The notes beneath the pieces were generated by a model. It had not been told where the DNA came from. It ran no database searches and saw only the letters and a list, made by a program, of their open reading frames with translations. Positions 48,760-61,300 of a DNA stretch of 64,000 bases are shown piece by piece (the first letter of the stretch is position 1; each line of letters starts with the position of its first letter). Source of the stretch: Hemiscyllium ocellatum (lineage: Eukaryota); NCBI RefSeq assembly GCF_020745735.1, contig NC_083431.1, positions 48,388,496 through 48,452,495 on the forward strand, given 5' to 3'. Made by a program: the position numbers and the translations under genes.

Positions 48760-50689
48760 CAAATTATTAAGGCTAGAAGGAGTACAGGTGATGGCTGTTA
48801 GCTGAGTAATTGATGTCTTGATGTGTAAAGGGAGAACAGCTGAGACTAGGAGAGAACAATGTTGGAATTGTTTACTCAATAAACTCTCTGCACAAAGAAA
48901 AAGTATATCTCTTAATTTGGATCAATTAACAAGCGCCATGCCCCTTTACAGAATATTGTGTATCATCTTAAAGACAAGGAGACACTTTTAAATTTAACTT
49001 GCTTATAAAATTCAGTATTCACCATATCGCCATGTGTACATTGGATTCTCAATCTTACCCCTTCTTTTTATTGAGTGTCTACTACCCAGTGTTTAAACAC
49101 TGTATCTCTTGCCATGGGCAAGTTGAAGTTGATGTTGCTGATATCATCAATCTGCACCTGGAAGTGAAGTCAGTACCACTCTGCCCATAGGCACATGCAC
49201 TGATATCATCAATTTGTGCCTGATGAACTTCATACCTTCTAGGAGCGAAGCAGTGAGATGTCAGTAGCAAGACAGCTAGAGAGGTAGTGAGCAGGTGGCC
49301 AAATATTTCAAGTGGAGTTATGAGTAAATTGCAATTTATATTTGAACTGAATTGATTTGAAAAAGAAACACTTTATTGTTCTGCACTTGGTAACATTTAT
49401 TTGCATCACTCAATTTTACAAAAGTCTTATTCTTTGGTGGAATCAGCTGGTAGGGATTTTGCTGGAGTTGCTAGTAGGGATATCACAGGCACTGCAATTG
49501 CATGGGTAGCGAGAATGCCTCCTGCAGTGACAGGTGCTGCAAACACAGCTTTTTTTAAAAGAAAACAACTGAGTTATAACAGCCCTTGGAAAACAAGATT
49601 ATTCATCAAAATATGCATCCGACATAGACCATAAATTAAAATGAAAGGGACAATGAAAGTCAGAAACATAATGTCAGGTGTCACAGTCCAATAGTCTAAT
49701 ACAGCTTATTTAATCACATCGCAGACCAATAGAGAGAAAAAAGAAATTAGAAATGAAATGCAAAACCAGCATTGTATGGTCATTTATAACCATGAAATGA
49801 AAGATATCTGGAACAGAGATAGACTATGGAAATTAACATAAATCAAAGATTTGAAATTAAATTGAAAATGCAAAATACGGTCAGCATTTGAAAGGAGAAA
49901 GGGAGACAGAGTACTTGCCTGAAGTCTCATCACTATCTTTAATGGTTTTGCTGAGATGCAACTTTGGCAATAATCAAGAAGTTATACTACATTCATTCAG
50001 AGAAGTTCTTTTAATCAATATTCCTCCCATTACTATAACCCTTCAACGCACTGTGGCTGCTGTGAAACAAGACAACAATTGCTCACAGGATGTGTACGTA
50101 ATACTGCAATTTTCACTGCTCCAATTTGCATAGTCTAAAGGTGGAACAAATTGCTGAGGGTTGCCAGTATGTCCATCCGAATTTAAAACCCTGAAAGTTG
50201 CTGTGCTCCATCTGTCCAGGATTGCTTTTCAGCATTTTATGTGTAAAATAATTTTAAAAACAAACTATGTTTTTTCCTCACTTTGGTTTTTCCTGTACAT
50301 TACTATAAAGTTTATTTAAAATAACTATTTCTTCACCGTGATCCACTATGGTAATCCTTCAATCAATGCTCATCATTCTGACTGCACATTTTGACAAGAA
50401 GCACTACCTGCAAAATGGAACAAGCAACCCGACATCTGATCATGTTAAGGATCTATTGTCGCTGAATATAATTTGAATGAACATAAAACTGTTTAGTAAG
50501 CTAGGAACACCCAGATTGCAAAGAATCCCAACTTTTTATCTCAATTGTAATCCATCATTGTATACCCTTTGCCCCAGTCTCCTCCACTCTTAGCCCTAAC
50601 AATAAGAGTGAGTGGTTCATGTCTTTCTTTAAGGCCACCCAATCAGCTGCTGCTACTGTATTATTCTCTTTCACCAGCCTAAACACCTA

Positions 50690-53120
50690 TCCTTGAGACC
50701 CACTACCTGCTTGGATCCTTTTCGCTATGAACCATTGACCATCCAGTTTCCTTTTCTGGTCTCCACGTTAGCAGATAACATACTGGTTCTGTCTCTACAG
50801 ATGCTGTCCTGATTTCCTCTGAAACTGCCAGTATCATCCTTTTCCTTAAAAGATAAACAAACATTAATTTCTATGCCTTTGCAAACTACTATCCTATCTC
50901 CAAACTGGTTTACCTCCAAAGTTCTTGTATGTATTGCCATTTCTCAAATCCATGACATCTTGCAATTCATGCTTGAATCCTCCACCTCCACCCGAGCCAC
51001 AACACCAAAGTAGCTCTTACCAAACTTACAAATGGCATTCTACGTAAGTATAGTAAATTTTATTTTGTCATTATTCTCAGTGTATCGGTAGCTTTTTACA
51101 TGATCGATCCTCCAACAAGCCCTCTGCACTATTGTTCAGCTCAGTGGAATACTCTTACCTCTCTCAACTTCTCTACTGTTGCTAAATTACCAGACTGCTT
51201 ATCTGACATCCAGTAATGGAAGAGCAAATATTTGCTTCACTTAAATTTTGGGAGGGCTGAAGCCATTGTTTTCATCCCAGCTTCAGTCTCTTCACATCCT
51301 CACCAAAATGAGCAACAATCATGTATTCACACCATGCTAAGACCAGCTATTTCCACCATTGTATCTCACTTAACTTCACCCTGGCTCAACATATCTGCAG
51401 CTGAAACACTAATCATGTCTTTGTTACCTCCAAAGCTGACGAGTCTAATACACTCCTCCCTGATCTCCCACAAATCTTGTTATGCCTCACAAATCTTATT
51501 GAGTTCTTTGAGGTGGTGACAAGACAGGTCAACGAAGGTCGAGCAATGGATGTGGTATATATGGACTTCAGCAAGGCACTTGATAAGGTTTCCCATGGTA
51601 GACTCATTCATAAAGTCAGGAAGTAAGGGATACAAGGAGATTTGGCTATCTGGATTCAGAAGGCAGAGAGTGGTTATAGGCGGAAAGCATTCTGCCTGGA
51701 GGTCAGTGTTGAGTGAAGTTCCACAGGACTCTGTTCTTGGGCCTCTGCTCTTTGTCGTTTTTATAAATGACTTGAATGAGGAGGTTGAGGGGTGGGTTAG
51801 TAAGTTTGCAGATGACACAAAGTTTGAAGGTGCCGTTGATAGTATCGAGGTCTATTGCAGGCTGCAGCTTGACAGATGGGATGCAGAGCTGTGCTGAGAA
51901 ATGGCAGATGGAGTTCAACCTGGATAAATGCGAAGTGATGCATTTTGGAAGGTCGCACTCGAATGCTGAATATAGGATTAAAGACAGGATTCTTGGCAGT
52001 GTGGAGGAATAGAGTGATCTTGATGTTTAAGTACATAGATCCCTCAACTTGCCACCCAAGTTGGTAAGAAAGTATATGGTGTTTTGGCTTTAATTAACAA
52101 GGGGATCCAGTTTAAGCGCTGCAGGGTTTTGCTACAGCTCTGCAAGTCTCTGGTGAGGCCACACTTGGAATATTGTGTCCAGTTCTAGTTGCCCTATTAT
52201 AAGGAAAGATACAGAGGCTTTGGAGAGGGTGCAAAGAAGGTTTACCAGGATGCTGCCTGGACTGGAAGACTTGCCTTATGATGAGAGGTTGACTAAGCTC
52301 GGACTTTTATCTCTGAGAGAAGGAGGAAGAGAGATGACCTGACTGAGGTATACAAGCTAATGAGAAGAATGTATAGAGTCAATAGCCAGAGACTTTTCCC
52401 TAGGGCAAGATTGACTGGCATGATGGGCCATAGTTTTAAGATATTAGGAGACAGGTATAGAGGAGACGTCAGAGGTAGGTTCTTTACACAGAGTTGTGAA
52501 TGCGTTGCCAGCGGTGGTGGTCGAAGCAGAGTCATTAGGGACATTTAAGCGACTGCTGGTCATATATATGGATAGCAGTGAATAGAGGGGTGCATCGGTT
52601 GTTATTTTATTTTACATTAGGATTCATGCTCGGCACAACATCGTGGGCCAAAGGGCCTGTTCTGTGCTGTAGTTTTCTATGTTCTATGTTCAGTGTACAT
52701 CCTCCCCTCCATAAGCTTGAGATCATCCAAAATTCTACTCCTTGTCACTTAAATAGCACCAAGTCCCATTCAGCTAACACCTATAAGCATGCTGACTTAT
52801 ATTTCCCTTCAACAGATAGCACCTTCATTTTAAAATTCTCTTCCATATCTGTAAGTCCTATCATGGTCTCACCTTTGCATATCGCTGCCTCAAAGCCTAC
52901 CTTCGGCTAATTCTTGAATCCTGAGCAACCCCAATTTTAATCAATCCATATTGTTGGCCATGCATTCAGTTGCCAAGGCCCTAAACTCTAATTCCCATCC
53001 CAGATCTCTCCTGCCCTATGTCTGTTCTTTGTCCTTTCCTGGACAGCTTTTGGTCATCTGACCTAATAGTTTAAGTAGTTCATTGCCATTTGTTAGATTT
53101 TAATTTTCCTACGAAACATT
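50690..53120 (+). mobile_element. L2 LINE RT/3' region interrupted by CR1
   Basis: SAAETLIMS..TSKAD.SN.L before the CR1 and LHKLEIIQNS..STKS after it, matching the L2 pattern AETLIHAFVTSRLDYSN..LELIQNSAAR. Confidence 0.65.
51481..52691 (+). mobile_element. CR1 RT + tail
   Basis: RRQRVVIGG..VPQDSVLGPLLFVVFINDL..SKFADDTK; tail ttctatgttctatgttc. Confidence 0.95.
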
Positions 53121-53197
53121 TTTTCTTATGCTAAACAAACTAAAAATTTTTATTTCCTATTTTTTTATTATGTTAAACAAATGATGTAAATCTATTT

Positions 53198-53507
53198 TAG
53201 ATTAGATTAGATTACTTACAGTGTGGAAACAGGCCCTTCGGCCCAACAAGCCCACATCGACCCGCCGAAGCGCAACCCACCCATACATTTACCACTTGCC
53301 TAACACTACGGGCAATTTGCCATGGCCAATTCACCTAACCCGCACATCTTTGGACTGTGGGAGGAAACCGGAGCACCCGGAGGAAACACACGCAGACACG
53401 GGGAGAACGTGCAAACTCCACACAGTCAGTCGCCTGAGGCGGGAAATGAACCTGGGTCTCTGGCGCTGTGAGGCAGCAGTGCTAACCACTGTGCCACCGT
53501 GCTGCCC
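53198..53507 (-). mobile_element. Young HE1/V-SINE, full length
   Basis: A/B boxes, V-domain, retained CpGs and a (tagat)n tail. Confidence 0.93.
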
Positions 53508-53626
53508 ACTGTCATTGTTATTATAATTAAGTAACACATATTCAACATAACTTTTCCAGAAAACATCTGTTACTTCCTCCATTCCCTGTCATCACAAAGT
53601 AACATCTGGTAATATCAAAGGACCAA

Positions 53627-53926
53627 TAGATTAGATTAGATTCTCTACAGTGTGGAAACAGGCCCTTCGGCCCAACCAGTTCACATCGACCCTCCAAAGA
53701 GTACCCCTCCAGACCCATTTCCCTCTGACTAATGCACCTAAGACTATGGGCAATTTAGCATGGCCAATTCACCTGACCTGCACATCTTTAGACTGTGGGA
53801 GGAAACCCACGCAGATATGGGGAGAATGTGCAAACTCCACACAGACAGTCACCCAAGGCTAGAATCGAACCTGGGACCCTGGTGCTGTGAAGCAGCAGTG
53901 CTAATCACTGAGCTACCATGCCGCCC
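53627..53926 (-). mobile_element. HE1/V-SINE
   Basis: Tandem neighbour of the 53198 copy; subfamily like the 4218 copy. Confidence 0.9.
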
Positions 53927-54049
53927 CTTAGACAAAATGTATGCAATTTCTATCTGAGAGATTTAACTTAAAAATGTTGTTAGCACCTCAGAACGTTTTG
54001 TTACGTTAAAGGTGTTATGCAAATATAGGTTATTGTGTAAGGATGTATT

Positions 54050-54355
54050 GATTTTGATTTTTATTGTCACATGTACCAAGATACAGTGAAAAGTATATTT
54101 GTGCATGCTAACCAAACAAATCATACCATAAACGAGTATATCAGGGTAAAAGAACAGAATGCAGAATATAGTTTCACAGCGACAGAGAAGGGCAGAGAAA
54201 GATCAATTCTAGTTCATGAACTCCATTCATAAGTTTGACAACAACAAGGCAGAAACTGTTCTCTGATGGTACATGTTTACAACCTTTTGTATCTTCTGCC
54301 TGATGGAAAAGGGTGAAGTAGCCTGACCAAGGATGGTGGGGGAGGAGGTCTTTGT
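54050..54355 (-). mobile_element. Rex1/RTE-like LINE 3' end
   Basis: gattttgatttttattgtcacatgtaccaagatacagtgaaaag...gtatcttctgcctgatggaaaagg; recognised by resemblance only. Confidence 0.45.
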
Positions 54356-54499
54356 AACCAGAATTTAAAACTAGTCAGGACAGATGGATTGACAGTAATC
54401 TCTCCCTGTTGGCTGTGTGTCTATATTAAATAAGTTGTGGCAATATCAACTTGGTTTCTACTGAATGCAAAACATGGCCCAAAATTAGTCCCAGTCTAG

Positions 54500-54615
54500 C
54501 CACGGATATTTTTGATCAACCAGACATGTTATAATATACCTCTAGGACTGGTGGGACTTGAACTGGGGATCCTGTCCCAGAGGTTGAGACAATATTACTG
54601 TGCCACAACAGCTCC
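54500..54615 (-). mobile_element. Short tRNA-derived SINE (family of 10266-10383)
   Basis: The reverse complement has a gtggcacagt head, gttcaagtccc B box and gttgatcaaaaatatc end. Confidence 0.6.
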
Positions 54616-55004
54616 AGTCTAGAAATGAATTGGCCTCAATCAGAGGAACTAGTAGGTGTGAAAAATGGAAGCAGAAAGTTGCATTGTGCAGTGAGGGCTG
54701 TTGTTCTAAGGTCAGGAATAAGGTAAATAGGGTAGGAAGTTAGAAACTACCACCTGAAAATGTTTTTGCTAGATATGATCAGTCACCATTTAGCAGAGAG
54801 GTTAGTGCAAAAACTATTCCACTCTGTAGCCTGAATATTTGTGATTTTGATAATTGCAAAACTTACTGAAAATGGGGACAATACGTATGTTTTGTTACAG
54901 ATATCTGCATAATAATGGGATCAATTTTGGAGTGCTGCAGAGTAGTGCTTTACTATGGTCATCCTACTTTCAAATCATGATAACAAAATCTTCACATCCA
55001 CAAA

Positions 55005-55270
55005 CAGCATGGTGGCTCAGTGGTTAGCACTGCAGCCTCACAGCGCCAGCACATTCTACCCATGTCCGTGTGGATTTCCTCCGGGTGCTCTGGTTCTCTC
55101 CCATAATCCAAAGAGGTGCAGGTCAGGTGAATTAGCTATGCATTAGGTGCATTAGTCAGGGGTAAATATAGAGTAGGGGAATGGGTCTGGGTGGGTTACT
55201 CTTTGGAGGGTCAGTGTGTGAACTTGTTGGGCTGAAGGGCCTGTTTCCACACTGTAGGGAATCTAATCTA
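55005..55270 (+). mobile_element. HE1/V-SINE with internal deletion
   Basis: cagcatggtggctcagtggttagcac ... ctgtttccacactgtagggaatctaatcta. Confidence 0.88.
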
Positions 55271-55288
55271 AACTGTATCTACTGCTTA

Positions 55289-55456
55289 AAGCACAGCAGG
55301 TCAGGCAGCATCCAAGGAATAGGAAATTCGATGTTTCGGCTTATGCCCGAAATGTCGAATTTCCTATTCCTTGGATGCTGCCTGACCTGCTGTGCTTTAA
55401 CCAGCAACGCATTTTCAGCTGTGATCTCCAGCATCTGCAGACCTCATTTTTACCCG
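55289..55456. mobile_element. Fold-back element (axis inside hammerhead stem II)
   Basis: Perfect 15-bp TSD tgtatctactgctta (55274-55288 / 55457-55471). Inverted arms around tttcggcttatgcccgaaa. Confidence 0.88.
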
Positions 55457-55821
55457 TGTATCTACTGCTTATCATTATTCATTAAAATGACAGTGCCCTA
55501 GATCTTCATGACATATTGCGATTTTAATAGATAATAGGATTAGCCTATGAGAAAAGAGTCGATGACACAATAACTTGATCATTCTTTTTGAATGAATTTA
55601 TCTATTGTGTTTGTTCCAATATCAGTTCAGCTTCAATTTAAACATAACTCTCTAATAATAACCCAGTAGAGACTCAGATCTTCTTGCACCTCTATAAATG
55701 ATAGCTTTTTTCCAATTATGTATTAGTGACAATCAAGCAGGTTTTATTTTCGTTCCCTATTGCATTTTGTGTGTCCTGCTGCTTTGATCACCCCTTCCTA
55801 ACACTTGACCAGTCATAGAGT

Positions 55822-56733
55822 TGTGAGATATTGTTATAGGTCTCTTTACTAATCCACTCACAAGTACTTATTAACTACTGTGTTCCCTTTTCATTCATTC
55901 ATAACCCCTTATTATAATGTGTTTTTCATCCATTAATAAAACTGCAGTTCTGTAGTACTTTTCACTATGACAATACATTCTTTCCAAACCCATTACTACT
56001 ACCTCACACCTTCAACCCTTATCAGGCGCAGTTCTACACCAAAAGCTACCTTTCAAAAAGTATCAAAATTGTAACATATTCAGAACAATATCCATCCAGC
56101 CAACATATATCCACAAAAGATTATATATTAATCAGATTTAACCAACCATCTCTCAGGCCCTGAACAGATACAGAACATCAATTTCCCTAATTAATAACTA
56201 CTGTCCCTTTAAAGGAACTTCCTATCAAGACAGCGCTTCTGTGAAATTGCATGAATGAATGAAAATCACACTGGCAAATAGTAAACAAATTTCACAACCC
56301 AACTGCAGTGATTAGTTTAATATCCTGTATTCTTTTATTTGGTACAGGTATAATGTCTAACTTATTTAGAGCATATAGGTCTCGTACCTTTACTAACTTA
56401 AGAGACAAAAGGACTAACACCTCTTAATTATGCAAGCAGACCGGACAGACACTCTGAATCCTATCAGGAGCAGCAGGCAGGACTTAGTAAACACTTAAAC
56501 CATCTCCTGTTTCCCCAGGACAGAAGTCATCAAAACATCTGTGTACAATAGATAAAACAATGTAACATCTTAGTGTTAGAATTTTAATATATGTAAGAAA
56601 TGTGTATAAAGAGCCTACAGTAAGAACTGTACTTTGGGATTCTATTGCCGCCTCAAACTTGTGCTACTTGCTGAATAAGGAGGCTACTTTCACCACTCAC
56701 CAATTTTGGTCGTTATTTAAACACGATCCTACA
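55822..56733 (+). mobile_element. Solo LTR (912 bp, ERV-like)
   Basis: TGTGAGAT...ATCCTACA ends, 4-bp TSD gagt/aagt and TATAAA at 56605; interrupts the CR1 tail. Confidence 0.7.
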
Positions 56734-56857
56734 AAGTTATTCAGCATAAGAACAGACCCTTCTGTTCAACTCACCCGTGCCGACCAGATATCCTGAACTG
56801 ATCTAGTCCCATCTGCCAGCATTTGGCCCAGATCCCTGTACACCCTTTCTATTCATG

Positions 56858-57621
56858 TGTTTTGACACAGTGGTGAACCCTTTTGCTAATTAAATCAAGG
56901 AAAGCTCATCTTGCCTTGTAATCTGTTAATACATGAGTGACAGAGTACTCCCAACTTTCACTATTTAAAAAAAAATCAAGTTATTCTTTAAATCGAAAAG
57001 TGAACATTAAACAACTATTATTTACAACTCTAAGCCTCCTTTCTTTTAAAGGTTTGTTATCTACTTCCAACTCTATCACAATATACTGTTCTGATAACTA
57101 CGCGTAGTAAAATTACATCAACTTAATTTTCAAAACTAGACAGCGGTGGTTGTCTCCGGTATCCTCCTTTTGGCTGTAGATCTCCCTCAGTCTTCAGTCT
57201 TTTGCTGCAAAGATATTTCATATGAAAAAGGTAGATTTGATAGAGAGTGTTTGCTGGTCAGTACTCTGGCGATGGCCGTTGGTCACTCTCTCTGGTTAAT
57301 TCTCAAAATGCCAGCTTCTTTATACCCCAAACATCAGATCGTCTCATTGGTTTGATGTTGTCAAAACATTAAATTCAAATTCAATTGGGTTTGTAGTATC
57401 TTGGGTATAATTTAAACAGATGGGTCAAATTCAAACTGTTGTGAAAACATAGCAACCAAAACTCAGGTATTTGTTTCACAGCCTAATGTTACATATTTTC
57501 AGTTTTCCAGTGCACTCTGAGACTGCTAGTCAGTCATATGACAGGTGCCTGCAAGCTCTCAGTGCAAAACAGCTTCCACTCTTTCTTAAAATGTAGAGTA
57601 CACACCTTCAACTTCATAACA
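56858..57621 (-). mobile_element. Solo LTR (764 bp)
   Basis: TGTTTTGA...TCATAACA ends and a perfect 4-bp TSD CATG (56854-56857 / 57622-57625); related to 5215-6015. Confidence 0.85.
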
Positions 57622-58297
57622 CATGTACCCAGCCAAGCACCTTTCAAATGTTGCAAATTGTACCAGGCTCCACCTCCTCCACCCCACAGAAAAGCAAAAC
57701 AGTATAATAAGGGGAACTATGAAATAAAATTATGAAAGGCACTGATACAAAATAGTAAATTTTTTACAGGCACATAAATAAAAATAGGAAAGGTAGGGTG
57801 GGAACAGGGCATCTTCAGGATAGTATCACAAGCAACAGTGGAGAAATAGCAGAAATTTAAATTAATAATTTCTTTCAGTGTTTACCAAAGAAACAACAAT
57901 CCTGATCCTCTGTGAGGAAATTAGAAGTGGAATCTTTAACATAATCCGAGATGTAAGATGACTCTTACTTTAGCAGCCCACAACATTACCACTGAATTCC
58001 TGCAAGAATCAATCCTTTGAGTCTTACTACTTCACATCTTTGTTATACTCCTCAGCAGCATCATTCAAAAACATGTCAGCTTCCTTGAATGCTGACAACA
58101 TGCCGCTTTCCCAACATAACAGCCTCTTTCAACCCCTTCCACAAGCTCTAAATTGTTTGACTGCTTATCCAATATCCAGTATCCAAATGAGCAGAAATGT
58201 ATTTAACAAACTACTGTTAATATTGAAGGTATCATACTTGGATCCTGCCACAAACACCACTCCTTCAGTATTGATTCCATCCTTTATCGAGTTATAA

Positions 58298-58810
58298 AGT
58301 CAGAGTCATGCAGCATGAAAACAAACCTTTCATTATAACTAGTCTATGCCAAGCATGTTCCAAAACTAAACTAGTCCCACCTGCATTTGGCCCATATCCC
58401 TCCAAACCTTTTCTATTCATGTACTTATCCAAATGTCTTTTAAACATTGTGACTGTACTTGCAATCACCACTTCCTCTGTTCATTCATTCCACCCACAAA
58501 CTACTCTGTACAAACATGTTGCCCCTCATGTCCTTTTTAAAATCTTTGTCCTATCATCTTAAAAATAAGCCCCCTCGTTTTGAACTCTCCCACCTTAGGG
58601 AAAAGATTTTTATAACTCAAACCCTCCATTCCTGGCAATACCCTGGTAAATCTTTTCTGAACTCTCTCCAGTTTAATAATATTCTTTTTATAACAGGGCA
58701 ACTGGAACTGTACTCAGTCCTCTAGCAAAGGCCTCACCAATATCCTGTACAACCTCAACATGACATTTCAACTCCTATACTCAAATGTCTGAGCCATGTA
58801 GACAAGCTTA
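58298..58810 (-). mobile_element. CR1 3' fragment
   Basis: agtcagagtcatgcagcatgaaaac tail through ggcctcaccaatatcctgtacaacctcaacatgac. Confidence 0.88.
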
Positions 58811-60157
58811 TGCAAGAACTGCCTGAGGTTGAACCAGACTGTTCGAACCTTGATATAAATTTTGAACTAAACGTGATGTTCACGACATCATTCTACTTCA
58901 CCCCACTTCACTCGTTTTCTGTTTAGACTCCTGTTCCTTTCCACTAGTGCAATGCATTCCTAGCTCTCCTTCCACATTTTTCTCTCCACTAACTTTATGG
59001 CATCTGCTACCCATGCACTAGCTCACATCAAAGTCAAGTTCATCCACCTCTTCTCTGTTCCTCATTTACACTGGCTCCCGGTTAAACAGCACCTGGATTT
59101 CAAAATTTGCATGTTTTGAAATCCCTCTCTACTTGTATAATTTTTTTGAGCTATACAACTCTTTGACATACATGAGCTTCCACAATTCTTTTTGAATATT
59201 CCGAGGTTTAATTGCTCTAACGTGCATGCTTTCTGCTCCAATGTCTGGATTGTGAAATTTGTGACCTAAATAGTTCCACTGTTCTACTTCTCTCCTTCAC
59301 CTTTAAGACATTCCTTAAAATCTACTCCATTCCCAAATTTTATTTTAGTATGTTCTCATATCTCCTTATGAGGGGGTTGATGTCATTTTTAGGGCACTCC
59401 TATGAAGTACTCGGAAATATTTACTGTGTTAAAGTCATTAAAGTTAAAGAAAGTACAAGGAAGCATTTTGGCCATCATCTTGGCATCTGATCTCCAAATA
59501 AGTGTTGTGACTTAGTGCTATTCTCCTCTCTGCCTTTTTCCTGCAACATTATACATTGCGTAATGCGTTGAATAGAAACAATGCTGTTTTGAAGGTCTCC
59601 ACTGAACCAGCTTCCACCACAAGTCCAAGGCTGCACATTGCAGATCCAAAAAACTCATTGTTGTAAAAGACTTTTTGTTACAAGCAGAGAACAATTTTCC
59701 CATAACTACTCTTCAGACCCCTTAGGATTTTGTAAACTTCAAACAGATCTTATCTTAGCCATCTCCTCTCCAAGGAAAACAGACCCAACTTCTCCAATCT
59801 ATTGTCATGACTGATGATTCTCAACCCCAGACCCATTCCTGTAAACAGTGTAATTTGTTTGCACCAATTGTCTAAGCACAGTTCTTCAGACTATTTCACC
59901 CAATATGCAATAAAACATCTTGTGAAGTCAACTGAATGTCAATTAGTACATTTCATCATTAAAATGATTTGAGATCTGGGCCAGAAAACAAAGGTTCCTC
60001 TAATCTACATGTAGAAATAGAATAGTGGGAGTCAAATTCCACAAGAAACTGTTGAATATGTCAAGTTAAGGGACTAACCAAAGCCAATGAATTGAACGGA
60101 TACCTGCAGAACACTGGAATTTGCAAGACATATTGAGTCTTGACATATACAGACATT

Positions 60158-60298
60158 TCGAGTAAAAAATGAGGTCTGCAGATGCTGGAGATCACAGCTG
60201 CAAATGTGTTGCTGGTCAAAGCACAGCAGGTTAGGCAGCATCTCTATTCCTGAGATGCTGCCTAACCTGCTGTGCTTTGACCAGCAACACATTTGCAG
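60158..60298. mobile_element. Fold-back element, perfect 47-bp palindrome, hammerhead lost
   Basis: Arms 60198-60244 / 60252-60298 with a 7-nt loop. Perfect 13-bp TSD atatacagacatt (60145-60157 / 60299-60311). Confidence 0.92.
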
Positions 60299-60986
60299 AT
60301 ATACAGACATTACAGAGTCAGTCAAAATAAGTCATTTCTCCTCTTTTAATGTCTTTTGCATTTTACTACATCCATGCAAAGTGTTCTACTTTGATGTAAT
60401 CTCAGGTTTTATGCTACCTTCTCACCCACAGCATAATTCTTGGAACTACAGACCTATTCATTCTCAGTTCATTTTGACTTGACCAAGATTTTTTTGATCT
60501 GCATATATCCCCTCCAGTTCCCTTCCATGGAACATTAAAGTCAGCAGCTCCGTGTTCAAATCACACTCGATATGTGAAATCTAGTCTCCAGTTGCACTTA
60601 ATCTGCAAACTGGTCTAAAAACAGCAGTTCAAGTTCCAACAAGCAGAGTCAACTTATACTCCTCGGCTCCTGGCCGGCTGGTTAACTATTATGTTTAGAA
60701 GAGATCTTTGCAGCACGCTTAGCATTTTCAGAGCTGTTTCTCAAAGGTTAGAAATGTGAATCATTAGGCACCAGAGATGCGAGGATCCTGGCTTTGTAAA
60801 GGCATAAATGAAGAATATGCAGGTTATCAAAGCATCTAAAGAGATCTTAATCACTTTGCAAATCAAGTTTCAAATTACACTATAATTAATTAGGGCAAAC
60901 TGATGTCTGACTAACATGGCATGAGGTGGCACTTCACTTCTTCCAGAGTCAAGCTGGACAGAAGTCACCTTCTACAGAAGTTCAAC

Positions 60987-61300
60987 ATTAGATTAGATTA
61001 CTTACAGTGTGGAAACAGGCCCTTCGGCCCAACAAGTCCACACCAACCCACCAAAGCGCAACCCACCCATACCCCTACATTTACCTCTTACCGAACACTA
61101 CAGGCAATTTAGCATGGCCAATTCACCTGACCCACACATCTTTGGACTGTGGGAGGAAACCGGAGCGCCCGGATGAAACCCAAGCAGACACGGGGAGAAA
61201 CGTGCAAATTCCACACAGTCAGTCGCCTGAGTCGGGAATTGAACCCAGGTCTCTGGTGCTGTGAGGCAGCAGTGCTGACCACTGTGCTACCGTGCCGCCC
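60987..61300 (-). mobile_element. Young HE1/V-SINE, full length
   Basis: Near-identical to the copies at 36407 and 53198. Confidence 0.93.

Larger units (their letters stand above)
55811..57680 (-). mobile_element. CR1 3' tail split by two solo LTRs
   Basis: agtcatagagt | aagttattcagcataagaacagaccc...attcatg | catgtacccagcc...tgtaccaggctccacc reassembles to the CR1 tail. Confidence 0.8.

Noticed and set aside
49138-49222. Two 23-nt direct repeats containing TGATGA on the minus strand (C/D snoRNA or CRISPR-like)
   Set aside because: Only two units, no terminal D box or closing stem, and a vertebrate context.
36425-61264. Recurrent MWKQALRPN... ORFs as a small gene family
   Set aside because: They are antisense readings of HE1 SINE copies.
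3245-61300. SINE strand bias (7 minus vs 3 plus) as evidence of host gene direction
   Set aside because: The sample is too small to be meaningful.
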